Notes: generated from the sequence alone by a model not told the origin. A stretch of DNA of 64,000 bases from Octopus sinensis (GCF_006345805.1 NC_042998.1:36084001-36148000), one strand, 5' to 3'. Counted from the first letter of the stretch, positions 39,284 through 51,735 are shown. Made by a program: numbers and translations.

Positions 39284-39324
<41 letters not shown>

Positions 39325-39517
39325 TTGTGTGTCAGTGTTTGACCCCACCCAACATCGCTTGACAGCCGCTGCTGGTGTGTTTATGTCCCCGTACCATAGC
39401 GGTTCGGCAAAAGAGACCGATAGAATAAATACTAGGCTTACAAAGAATATGTCCTGGGGTCGATCTGCTCTACTGGCCGCAGTCAAATGACTGAAACAAA
39501 TAAAAGAGTAAAAAGAG
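39098..39517 (+). mobile_element. SINE family A
   Basis: Head, CORE-like segment and tail; the tail abuts the palindromic HHR-SINE pair. Confidence 0.9.
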
Positions 39518-39636
39518 TATTTGTCCTCGTCTTGTTTGTTGCAAACACAACGTTTCGGCAGATATACCCTCCAGCCTTCATTAGGTGTCTTGGGGAAATT
39601 TCGAACCTGGGTTCTCATTCCTAAGGTATTTTTCGA

Positions 39637-39671
<35 letters not shown>

Positions 39672-39742
39672 TCACTGCCTGGAATCGAACTCGGAGTCTT
39701 GGGGTTAGTAGCCGCGCTGTTAACCACTACACCATTTGCTCG
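39518..39742 (-). mobile_element. tRNA-headed SINE with HHR tail (left arm, G5A core variant)
   Basis: A box TGGTGTAGTGG, B box GAGTTCGATTCC, (AAT)n linker, then AGACAC-CTAATGA-A-GGCTG..CTGCC-GAAAC-GTT-GTGTTT at 39590-39543. Confidence 0.85.
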
Positions 39743-39761
39743 TGGGCTTATATTCAAGCCA

Positions 39762-39978
39762 GGTGGCATATAACGAAGTGGTTAAGAGCGTGGGCTACTA
39801 ACCCCAAGATTCCGAGTTCGATTCCAGGCAGTGACCTGAATAATAATAATAACAACAACATCGAAAATACCTTAGGAATGAGAACCCAGGTTCGAAATTT
39901 ACCCAAGACACCTGATGAAGGCTGGAGGGTATATCAGCCGAAACGTTGTGTTAACAGCAAACAAGATGAGGGCAAATA
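39762..39978 (+). mobile_element. tRNA-headed SINE with HHR tail (right arm)
   Basis: tRNA-like head 39762-39838 with loop CT-ACT-AA and B box, (AAT)n linker, intact HHR core. Confidence 0.88.
39907..39952 (+). ncRNA. Minimal type I hammerhead ribozyme with canonical core
   Basis: Stem I GACAC/GTGTT, CTGATGA (39912-39918), stem II GGCTG/CAGCC, GAAA (39940-39943), C, triplet GTT. Stem III is only the palindrome AACGTT. Confidence 0.75.
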
Positions 39979-40261
39979 TCCGTCAAATGTAAAATAATGT
40001 ATATAATGTACGTAATTCCTCATCTCTTAAATATAGAACTGTAAACATAACATGTCCTGCGACATACTTCAAGCTACATTCTGAGTTCAAATTCCGCCGA
40101 TGTCGACTTTACCTTTCATCCTTTCGGGGTCGATTAAATAAGTATAATATATGTATATCTTTTATATAATAAGATATACATATATTCGCATATATGTATT
40201 TATATTAATATATGTTCTTATACGTACGAATAGATAAGTAATATATACATATATATATAAT

Positions 40262-40575
40262 ACAGGTCCAGATACTGCAACAGCTTGGGTTTCAGAGGAC
40301 AACAGCTCTTTAACATCCTCCCTAAATGCCTGAGAGACTTACATGGTGTGGATGTGGGTTTCTTTAAAACTAAATTGGATCTCTTCTTGTCGGGGGTCCC
40401 AGATGAACCTACCTCACGACAGGAGACACAGATGCGGGCAGCAGCATCGAACTCCCTTGTTGATCAAGTGCCACATATCAGAGGTGGATTTACATATTAG
40501 TGTAGCTCATTCAGCGGTGGTGCCCCAGCATGGCCGCGGCCTTCGGGCTAAAACATTTTTAAGGATTTTAAGTTT
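40262..40575 (+). mobile_element. CR1-group LINE 3' end
   Basis: LGFRGQQLFNILPKCLRDL...FKTKLDLFLSGVPDEP...RAAASNSLVDQV, then a 3' UTR containing GGTGCCCCAGCATGGCCGC. Confidence 0.85.
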
Positions 40576-40579
40576 AAGG

Positions 40580-40622
<43 letters not shown>

Positions 40623-40711
40623 ATATAGAATGAAATTTTCAAAAAACTTTATCAGTGGCCAGCATATTTAGAAAATACCTTTTAAGGTGAAAATTATAAA
40701 CAGCTTATAAA

Positions 40712-40827
40712 TATGCCAAATATGCCGAGAAATAGACCTTAAATCGTCAATAATCACATATAATTCATCACTAAACGCACCATATAGTTATATGACGACT
40801 TAAAATCTACTCGGCATATTTGGCATA
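40712..40827. repeat. Small imperfect inverted repeat (MITE relic)
   Basis: TATGCCAAATATGCCGAG...GTCA pairs with TGAC...CTCGGCATATTTGGCATA. Confidence 0.75.
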
Positions 40828-41655
40828 GGAAATTTTTTCTTTTGTCCTTTTTTATAAGTTATGTTGCATTTAAATGTTTATATATCTATAAACCTATGCA
40901 GTAGTCATTTATTTCCATATATTTATATTTTCGGTGCGGCTGGCTCTTTTTTCTGTCCCAAATTTGTCATTATAATGTATATCACAATAGACACACACAA
41001 CAAGCACATACTGCCTGGCACGCCTACATAACTTCTCTCTCTTCCTCTGTCTCCTTATCTCTCCCTTTCTCTCTCTCTGTCACACACATATACCAAACAC
41101 ACACGTATATATATATATATATTTTATTTCATTATGAGAATGGCTATAATGACTAGCTTGGAATGAAATTCCTGGGAAATTTGGCTATTTGCGTAGGTGT
41201 CAACTTTGTCCGATGTAATATCAATGCTTGCTGGCAGAAGCAAGAACCTAAGTAGGTTGATTGTTGCACGATGTAGCGTTGTCACAGTAACCAGACATTC
41301 TCACGCACGCACAGCCATACACACACACATACACACACGCGTAAAGAGTCAGAGAGATGCATTTCTCGAGCGATGCGCGTTTTATGACGCCTACACAATA
41401 AAGCGGACACCTACTCAAGTAACGCATTAAGCAAGGAAAACTTGTAGGCGATGCAGAAAGGATGCGATGCAGTAGCAGCGGGGTCTGGCTGCTGCGAAGG
41501 TGAAAATTACGGAGGGATCGTGAGTTGGTTTGATTTATGGCAAAAACGGAATGGATCCAACACGTTGTTGTTAAGCTGTAATAATGTTGCAGCTATTGTT
41601 TGATGAGAAAGAGAGAGAGAGAGGAGAAGAGAAGGGGGGGGGCGATATTTAAAAA

Positions 41656-41863
41656 TTCTTTTTCTTGTTTCAGTCATTTGGCTGGTGGCTATGCTGGAGC
41701 ACCACCCTTTCAGTCGAGCAAATCGACCCCAGGACTTATTCTTTGTAAGCCTAGTACTTATTCTACCGATCTATTTTGCCGAGCCGAAAGGTTACGGAGA
41801 CGTAAACACACTAGCTTCGGTTGTTAAACGGTGGTGGTGGTGGTGACAAACACAGACACACAA

Positions 41864-41951
<88 letters not shown>

Positions 41952-43240
41952 GAGGGAGTTCAATAAGTAATGCCCCTGACCCACTTGCAGATCTTTGATC
42001 TAACTGAAATTTTGCATGTGCAATTATTTATATCTTTATAGATTAAGTGGCAAATTACAGCCCTGATCTAATTATGGTGTTTGATTTACAGGTGTTTGAA
42101 CTGAGTCAAGTGTGAAATGGAGCCTGTTGACTGTCGAGCAGTGATCCGGTTTTTGTATTTGAAAGGACGCACACCACGGAAGACTTTTGATGAAATGAAA
42201 GTAACTTATGGTGATGATGCCCCATCATATGACCTTGTAAAACGCTGGCATCGTGAATTCAAACATGGTCGGAACTCTGTGAAAACAGCTCCCAGATCTG
42301 GTCGCCCCCCTTCGGCCATTGATAAGGCATCTGTCCGTCAAGTTGAGGCTGCCATTTTGGAAGATCGACGCATAACTATTCGCCAAATAGCCCATGAGGT
42401 CAAGATTAGCACCGGGTCTGTGGAAACTATCATTCATGACCATTTGCATATGCAAAAGGTGTCTGCCAGATGGATTCCCAGGCTGCTCACACCTGTCCAG
42501 AAGCAAGAACGCGTCGAGTGCTCGAGGATGAATTTGGAGATGTGCCAAGAAGATGAGTCAAAATTTTTCAAAAGACTAATAACACAGGATGAAACCTGGG
42601 TCCATCACTATGATCCAGAGACCAAAGCCCAGTCAATGCAGTGGCAGTACCGTGACTCACGTCCTCCAAAAAAGGCAAGAGTGCAGCCCTCCGCTGGCAA
42701 GGTCATGCTTACAGTCTTCTGGGACCAGGAGGAGTAGTGATGACAGATTTCCTGGCAAAAGGTACCACAATTACAGGAGCCTATTATGCTTCACTTTTGA
42801 GGAAATTAAGAGAAGCTATCAAAAACAAGAGGCGGGGCAAGATCAGCAAAGGCATCCTCCTCCTGCAGGACAACGCTCCGGTCCACAACTCGCGTGTCAC
42901 CGGATCAGAAGCACAGGCGTGCGGCTATGAATTCCCCCCCCATCCCCCTACTCTCCTGACCTTGCACCTTCTGATTTTCACCTCTTCCCAGCCATGAAGT
43001 TGTTTTTGAAAGGAAAGCGTTTCCCAGATGATGCAGCCTTGATTTCTGAAGTCACGTCGTGGTTGGAGGACCAAACTAGGGTCTTCTACAAAAACGGTCT
43101 CCAGAGCTGCATCAAACGATGGGAGAAATGCGTAACTCTGGGTGGTTCCTATGTAGTAAAAGACTAATAACTGTGCCAAGGTTCGTTGCTCTACTCCTAT
43201 GGGAAGTGGGTCAGGGGCATTACTTATTGAACGCCCCTCG

Positions 43241-43301
<61 letters not shown>

Positions 43302-43448
43302 GACGGGCTTCTTTCAGTCCACTCACAAGGTTTTGGTCGGCCCGAAGCCATAGTAGAACACACTTGCCCAAAGTGCCACGCAGTGGCAATGAACCCGGAA
43401 CCATGTGGCTGATAAGGAAGTTCCTTACCACACAGCCACTCTTGCGCT
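41656..43448 (-). mobile_element. SINE family A split by a mariner insertion
   Basis: 3' half at 41656-41900, 5' half at 43295-43448; the mariner sits in the internal (TA)n. Confidence 0.85.
41951..43240 (+). mobile_element. Full-length mariner (irritans-like), copy 1
   Basis: TIRs CGAGGG..TTCAATAAGTAATGCCCCTGACCCACTT flanked by TA. ORFs 42117-42737 and 42737-42997 with WIPRLL, TQDETW and QDNAPVH; two frameshifts. Confidence 0.97.
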
Positions 43449-43544
43449 TATATGTAGAGATCTTTAACTCAGGGTTAAAGTGGTCTGGCGATTTTACCTC
43501 CGGCCAACACTACACACACTCTTTGCTACACTTTCACTACTTGA

Positions 43545-43830
43545 AACCTCTTCTCATAGATGGCATTTGACGAATGAGGGAGTTTGATGTTTGCTGCCCT
43601 CATCTGCGTTTCCTGCCGTGATGTAGGCTCATTCAGAAATGTTGATAGCAGATCGAGTTTTGCTTTGAAGATACCTACATCTGCACTGTGCAGGTCTCCC
43701 AGGCTTTTTGGGAGGATGTTGAAGAGCTGTGGGGCCTTGAAACCCAAGGTTTGATAATAAAACCCAAGGTTTGATAATAACTTAATATTGTCTGAGTGTG
43801 CAAATAAGTTCGCTCTAAAAAGGTGCCACA
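43545..43830 (-). mobile_element. CR1-group LINE 3' fragment, same family as 40262-40575
   Basis: GFKAPQLFNILPKSLGDL...FKAKLDL...NEPTSRQETQMRAA; contains a 20-bp tandem duplication AACCCAAGGTTTGATAATAA. Confidence 0.85.
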
Positions 43831-43857
43831 ATTTAAGTACTTAATCCAACCGAATCT

Positions 43858-44341
43858 GAATATATATACATACACACATATATGTATACATACATACATA
43901 CACATATATATATATACATACACACACACACATATATACATACATACATACATACACACACATATATATATACATACATATATATACATTTATATATACA
44001 TATATATATATACACACATGTATATATACATACGTATATACATACACATATATACATACATATACATTTATATATACATACGTATATACACATACGTATA
44101 TACATACATATATATATATATATACATACATGCATATATACACATACATGCATATATACACATACATGCATATATACATACATATATATACACATACATG
44201 CATATATACATACATATATATATACACATACATGCATATATACATACATATATATATACACATACATGCATATATACATACATATATATATACACATACA
44301 TGCATATATACATACATATATATATACACATACATGCATAT

Positions 44342-44380
<39 letters not shown>

Positions 44381-44812
44381 CATGCATATATACATACATA
44401 TATATATATACATGCATATATATAGATGTATATATACATACATGTATATACATGCATATATACATACATGTATATACATGCATATATACATACATGTATA
44501 CATGCATATATACATACATGTATACATGCATATATACATACATGTATACATGCATATATACATACATGTATACATGCATATATACATACATGTATACATG
44601 CATATATACATACATACATGCATACATACATGTATGTATACATGCATATATATATACATATGTATACATACACGTATACATACACATACATGTATACATA
44701 CACATACATGTATACATACATGTATACATACACATACATGTATACATACATGTATACATACATAAATGTATATATTTACATACATACAAACATATAGATA
44801 TCCATACATAGA
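43858..44812. repeat. About 950-bp compound (TA/CA/TG) microsatellite with higher-order units
   Basis: 24-bp unit TACATACATGTATACATGCATATA and roughly 30-bp units visible. Confidence 0.97.
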
Positions 44813-45141
44813 TATAAACTTGGAATAACCAATTTTAAATACTATTGGATTTTGCTCACAACGTATTGCAATCATATTTATACCACTCTGCCTAAATAAT
44901 GGATCTACAAATGCAATATCCCTGCATGTTTCACATATATTTTCATTCGTCCACTTCTCTCTCTATTTCGCATCTTATCTAAATTAACTATTGCTTAACC
45001 AGTTTCTCACACCGATGAAGGGATATAATAAACATCCTGGAAACAGCTGTAAGACCTATTTGTAAGTGTCCTAATATCTTCACAGCCTTGGTTTTTTTTA
45101 TCTCATTCTGAAAAAAAAAGCTTTTGTATATATACATATAT

Positions 45142-45540
45142 AGGCGCAGGAGTGGCTGTGTGGTAAGTAGCTTGCTAACCAACCACATGGTTCTGGGTTC
45201 AGTCCCACTGCGTGGCATCTTGGGCAAGTGTCTTCTGCTATAGCCCCGGGCCGACCTATGCCTTGTGAGTGGATTTGGTAGACGGAAACTGAAAGAAGCC
45301 CGTCGTATATATCTATGTGTGTGTGTGTGTTTGTGTGTCTGTGTTTGTCCCCCTAGCATTGCTTGACAACCGATGCTGGTGTGTTTACGTCCCCGTCACT
45401 TAGCGGTTCGGCAATAGAGACCGATAGAATAAGTACTGGGCTTACAAAGAATAAGTCCCGGGGTCGATTTGCTCGACTAAAAAAAAAGGCGGTGCTCCAG
45501 CATGGCCGCAGTCAAATGACTGAAACAAGTAAAAGAGAAA
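45142..45540 (+). mobile_element. SINE family A, full length
   Basis: Close match to the other copies. Confidence 0.92.
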
Positions 45541-46019
45541 GAGATATATACATACATATCTACATACACACATACATGCACATATATACGCATACGTTTC
45601 CCATGTTTGGATAATCGTGATCACAAGGCTTAAAGCCTGAATACTAAAACATACACACACGGGCTCTCTTTTTCTCCTCTTTTCTCTTTCCCTTCACTTG
45701 TATCCCCCCTCCCTCTCTCTCTCTCTCTGTTAGGAGTTCTTCTGAGACAATGTGCTGGGGGAGCTCTAAGCTAGTTCCGCACATTTCTTTGTGGTTCAAA
45801 CATTTGAAACAAATTTGATTCGTTATAGTTACAATAATTCCTCCTCGAAATATGACGTCAAAGAATTAGAAATAAAGTAATCAAACAGTGTCAGTTCACG
45901 TGAAGTGAACATTTGTACAGACTCACCTAAAACTGCTTCGTGATCACATACCCATACAATACACGGTAGTATAATACATATATACATACATATATACACA
46001 TACATACACACACTCGTCA

Positions 46020-46195
46020 TAATTGATCGCTAGGCACTAACCTTTTTTTATTTTCTCTCTGTTTATTTCTGTGTTCCTTTCTGTTGAAGAGCGAAGGCTC
46101 GAAACGTAAAAGACTTTCTCACTTCCCAAGCGTTAAACTAATACATCTGTTTGTTTTACACATCCGTCTTTTGTTTTTTGTAAATTCCAACTGTA
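46020..46195 (+). mobile_element. PLE-type 3' end with HHR-like motif (family P1, copy 2)
   Basis: CTTT-CTGTTGA-A-GAGC-GAAG-GCTC-GAAA-C-GTA-AAAG at 46077-46112. Confidence 0.6.
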
Positions 46196-46200
46196 TATAC

Positions 46201-46257
<57 letters not shown>

Positions 46258-46336
46258 TAAATACAAGGAAATAATTTTATCCTCAAACGCAGGATAATAG
46301 TAATAATATAGGATGAACAGGATAAACTACTCATAT

Positions 46337-46370
<34 letters not shown>

Positions 46371-46430
46371 GTATGTATTTTCTGGAATGCATTATCAGTG
46401 ATGTTCCTCGGGCATCTCATCTTTAACATA

Positions 46431-47704
46431 CGAGGGGCGTTCAATAAGTAATGCTCCTGACCCACTTCCCATAGCAGTAGAGCAACGAAACTTGGCACAG
46501 TTATTAGTCTTTTTCTACATAGGAACCACCCAGAGTTACACATTTCTCCCATTGTTTGATGCAGCTCTGGAGACCGTTTTTGTAGAAGGCCCCAGCTTGG
46601 TCCTCCAACCACGACGTGACTTCAGAAATCAAAGCTGCATCATCTGGGAAACGCTTTCCTTTCAAAAACAACTTCATGGCTGGAAAGGTGAAAATCAGAG
46701 GGTGCAAGGTCAGGAGAGTAGGGGGATGGGGGAGGAGTTCACAGCCGCACGCCTGTGCTTCTGATCTGGCGACACGCGAGTTGTGGACCGGAGCGTTGTC
46801 CTGCAGGAGGAGGATGCCTTTGCTGATCTTGCCCCGCCTCTTGATTTTGATAGCTTCTCTTAATTTCCTCAAAAGGGAAGCATAATAGGCTCCTGTAATT
46901 GTGGTACCCTTTGCCAGGAAATCTGTCATCACTACTCCGTCCTGGTCCCAGAAGACTGTGAGCATGACCTTGCTAGCGGAGGGCTGCACCCTTGCCTTCT
47001 TTGGAGGAGGTGAGTCACGGTGCTTCCACTGCATTGACCGGGCTTTGGTCTCTGGATCATAGTGATGGACCCAGGTTTCATCCTGTGTAATCAGTCTTTT
47101 GAAAAAATTTGACACATCTTCTTGGCACATCTCCAAATTTATCCTCGAGCACTCGACACGTTCTTGCTTCTGGAAAGGTGTGAGCAACCTGGGAATCCAT
47201 CTGGCAGACACCTTTTGCATATGCAAATGGTCATGAATGATAGTTTCCACAGACCCGGTACTAATGGGCTATTTGGCGAATAGTTATGCGTCGATCTTCC
47301 AAAATGGCAGCCCCAACTTGACGGACAGATGCCTCATCAATGGGGGGGGGGACCAGATCTGGGAGCTGTTTCCACAGTGTTCCGACCATGTTTCAATACA
47401 CGATGCCAGCGTTTTACAAGGTCATATGATGGGGCATCATCACCATAAGTTACTTTCATTTCATCAAAAGTCTCCCGTGGTGTGCGTCCTTTCAAATACA
47501 AAAATTGGATCACTGCTCGACACTCAACAGGCTCCATTTCACACTTGACTCAGTTCAAACACCTGTAAATCGCAAACCACAATTATCTCAGAGTTTTAAT
47601 TTGCCACTTAATCTATAGAGATATAAATGATTGCACATGCAAAATTTCAGCTAGATCAAACAACTGCAAGTGGGTCAGGGGCATTACTTATTGAACGTCC
47701 CTCG
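46431..47704 (-). mobile_element. Full-length mariner (irritans-like), copy 2, inverted relative to copy 1
   Basis: Same TIRs, flanked by TA. ORFs 47337-47537 and 46504-47250 nearly match copy 1. Confidence 0.97.
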
Positions 47705-47802
47705 TACACACATCCTCAACGCATAGGAATGTGTTAGCAAAATTTGGATGGATGTTTTCGTATCGCGTTTTGAATACTTACTGCATGATCTGTTGTATAT
47801 AA

Positions 47803-48033
47803 CCTATTTCTTTACTACTCACAAGGGGCTAAACATAGAGAGGACAAACAAGGACAGACATAGGTATTAAGTCGATTATATCGACCCCAGTGCGTAATTG
47901 GTACTTATTTAATCGACCCCGAAAGGATGAAAGGCAAAGTGGACCTCGGCGAAATTTGAACTCAGAACGTAACGACAGACGAAATACGGCTATGCATTTC
48001 ACCCGGCGTGCTAACGTTTCTGCCAGCTCGCCG
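47803..48033 (-). mobile_element. SINE family C, full length
   Basis: Head to AAAGAAATAGG tail. Confidence 0.9.
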
Positions 48034-49064
48034 TATTACACCCCTATTACAGTTGATAATTTTTTATTTAGTAATTATCCTGATCTAAGTACAAATAAGT
48101 GTAATCTTGATAAGCTTTTTATGAGATTCTTTTAGATAATACATAAATATAATTACTGTCTAACAAGGATGTAATTTAATTCCTGACATTAGTAGGCGAA
48201 GGGCTCCTGATAAAATGCTCAGCGCCGTTTGTTCTGGGTTTTTTACGCTTTGAGTTCAAAAACTGACGAGATCAATTTTGCGTTTCATCCTTTCGGGGTC
48301 GATAAAATACAGTAAAATACAACCAAGTCTTGGAATTGATGTTATCGACTGACCTCCGCCCACAAAAATTTCCAGAACTTGTGCTGAAATTTGAAACGAG
48401 TATTATCTTTAGATAAAGTGCCATTTGCTGTTAGTTTTCCTTAATTAAATCTCAGTTCTCACGAACAGCAGATTCTCACGAATAGCTGCTTGGGTAGAAT
48501 GTCCCTAAGCGTATGAAGCGATGACTTAAAAATCGTGTGGTGTAATTCCGTATTTCTGAATTTACTCTTGTTTTGTAGACAATCTGGTGTTATTGCCAAT
48601 AGTTTTACCAACGCCATGGTCTCAAATTATTCTGATCCAGGTGTATTTATTTCTCTTTACCCTCGCATCAAAATAACACATTGGACGACGTTGTCCTTTG
48701 CATGATCAAGTTTCTGGTAAAAGTGGTATTTATTTTAATCATGTGCTGGCTCCGTTACTGTATTGGCACTTTGGTGGCGATTCTTGGTTCGGGAGTGCAA
48801 ATTGATATTAGATGCTTATGATACCAGCAAATTGACAGTCACTTTAGGCAGTAGAACACACTTCCCAGTAAAGGCAATATCAAGTTAGTGATACTTAACT
48901 CTTAAGATAACAATTTGAAAAGAAGTTATTGCTCTCACAAATTTCATCAATAAAGCCTTCTCCAAGTAGCCTGATTAATACAGGTCTATTTATTGTAATA
49001 AACAAGCTATTTCCGACAAAAACCGAGCGCCACTATATGATCTTTTAATATTTGTCATCCTAAA

Positions 49065-49420
49065 GGCGGCGAGCTGGTAGAAACGTTAGCACGCCGGGCG
49101 AAATGCTTTGCGGTATTTCGTCTGTCGCTACGTTCTGAGTTCAAATTCCGCCGAGGTCGACTTTGCCTTTCATCCTTTCGGGGTCGATTAAATAAGTACC
49201 AGTTACGCACTGGGGCCGATGTAATCGACTTAATCCTTTTTTCCTCTCTGTGTTTAGCCCCTTGTGGGTTATAAAGAAATAGGAAACGTTAGCACGCCGG
49301 GTGAAATGCTTTTCATCTATTCGGGGTCGATAAAGTACCAGTTGTGTACTGGAGTCGATCTAATCGATTGGCCCCCACCCCACCAAAATTTCCAGCCTTG
49401 TGTCCAGAGTAGAGAAAAGA
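49065..49420 (+). mobile_element. SINE family C followed by a second truncated unit
   Basis: Junction AAAGAAATAG|GAAACGTTAGCACG at about 49282. Confidence 0.88.
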
Positions 49421-50422
49421 ATGTCATCCTAGTCTCTGTCAAAAGGTAAAGGAGCAGTTGATGAGTGCAATTCTGAGCGATTTTCTTTATAATTAACTTG
49501 GACAGCAAAGCATCAGTTGTCGCAAGTAGCGAAAAGGAGGTCTGACGAGAATGCTGGTGAGAGAAATATCGCGGTACTTGGCATGGAAGGCTAACAAATT
49601 AAGTTGCATCTCGGTCCCACTAAAGGTGTTACCCAAAGACAAAGAACTGCAAAATGGTTGAAAGCAGGACGGAAGTAAACATCTGCTTATCTCAAGCAAG
49701 CAGAAGATGAGCGAATCAACGTGTCTACGTGGTCGCTCGACCTGCTAGAAGTAACTGCAGGATATGCCTTAAATCACACTTTGTTATCTTTGAAATAAGA
49801 AAGGACACAATTGTCCTAGCCATATTTCTAAATGACAGGATGGCCATTGTTGGAATGGATTTGAACATAGGTCTGTTTGATCATAGGTCTTTGATGGAAG
49901 ATAAATAAAAAAGTAAAGCTGTTACAACTATTTGAACAAGGCACATCACATGACCTAGGATTCTATGTAATACAGCGTGCAATGCACACATAGACACCCT
50001 CTCTCTCTCTCACACGTGTGTGTGTGTGCGTGTGCGTGCGTGCATGTGCGTGTGTGTTTAAAGTGAAAGACATCGAATTTTAGTTTATTTGGCATTAACC
50101 AAAAACCGAAACGTTATTCTTCTGACAACTCTACTTCATACACGCAAAGCACATGTACACACATACACATACCTATACAGACAAACGTATACATTCACCT
50201 CATCATACCTACACACGAACACAAATACGTAGATACGTAGGAGGGTGTCTGTCTCTCCATTTCTCTCTGTAATTCAGGACTTGTAATGGCGGAGCGTTTC
50301 ATGAATTTCATATCGACTGCGGACATATTAGTGGCGCGTTTTACTGTGTTTTGGTTAACGCATTGAATAATACTGCGTTCAGATTTATCTGGCAGCAGAA
50401 CAATTGCGTGTATGGGAAGGAC

Positions 50423-50470
<48 letters not shown>

Positions 50471-50809
50471 AAAGAGATTAATAATCTCTTCCTATGATTC
50501 GAAAACGTGAATAATAGTAATCTCTCTATCTCGCAGTTTGTCATCCGTGTGTCAGTGTGTCTGTCAACCAGTCTGTCTGTCCATGTTTCTGTACGTCTAT
50601 CTATCTATCTATCTATCTATCTATCAATCTGTCTGTCTCTCTTTCTGCCGGTCCGTCTGTCTGTCTGTCTGTCGGTCTTTTTATGTTCTTATAAAATATT
50701 TCTCCATTTTAGTCCACAGACATGTAATTATGTACATACCTATATGAAAACACGCCATAAGCCATAATGTATCAATGGATCCCAATTGCAAGCTATCTCT
50801 GTGTATATG

Positions 50810-50846
<37 letters not shown>

Positions 50847-51131
50847 GTATGTGTGTGTGTGTGTGAGTAGAAATTACAAAATGGAGACATTTATCACAAT
50901 CGATCGCCTAAATTGTCGACTTTTTTTTTTGTTGTAATACAAACATCAAACCATCTTTCATACCTTTGCAAATAGCGACACATAATGTAACGTTTACTTC
51001 TATACTCTTTTCCTTTCTCCTCAACATTTCTGTCTTGAACGGATCTTCCCGCCCTTCTCCTCCTCCTCCTCTTCCATACTTATACATGTTCAAATACATA
51101 GAGATACACATGTATACATGTATATATATAT

Positions 51132-51162
<31 letters not shown>

Positions 51163-51587
51163 GAGTGCGTATGTGTGTGTGTGGATATATATATATATAT
51201 GGATATATATATATGTATATGGATATATATATATATGTCATGTGGATGAATGTTTATTTGTTTTTCTCGGTCTATCCTTACCTTTGTTGCCGTGTTGAGT
51301 TTGTGTTCGCCAATTGTGGCTTACTACCTTACCGCTATCAATTTATTCTTATTGTGGAATTGGTCAGAATATATATATCCTAGCGTGTAGACATTTCCAT
51401 AAGCAAAGACATTCCATTAATCAGGTTTAATAGTGATTTCGCGCGCGCGCGCCGGTAGGCGGGAGTGTGTGTGTGCGTGTCTGAGTTTGTGTGTGCGTGT
51501 CTGAGTTTGTGTGTGTGTGTTTGTATAACCAAGAATTCGTAAATGCCTTTCGGAAAAAATATGTATTGAAGATCAAAGTGAAATAAA

Positions 51588-51625
<38 letters not shown>

Positions 51626-51735
51626 TCTCTGTGTCTGTTTGTCTTACACAATGTATGTATGTGTGTGTTTGTGCGTATGTGTGTGTATGTGTGTATGCAT
51701 GCGCGCTTGTGTACATTATTGTATCTATATTTATC

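Noticed and set aside
39762-39838. tRNA gene with anticodon ACT
   Set aside because: The acceptor stem is imperfect and the sequence runs into (AAT)n and a SINE body; it is a SINE head. The same applies to the heads of families A, C and E.
43823-44875. Long ORFs of 200-344 aa rich in Y/I/H/M/C/V (also at 32551-32938, 37503-38158, 51427-52355, 60112-61103)
   Set aside because: Translations of TA/CA microsatellites, which lack stop codons in most frames.
49535-49575. CTGACGAG followed later by GAAA as another HHR
   Set aside because: No stem II or stem I pairing could be formed.
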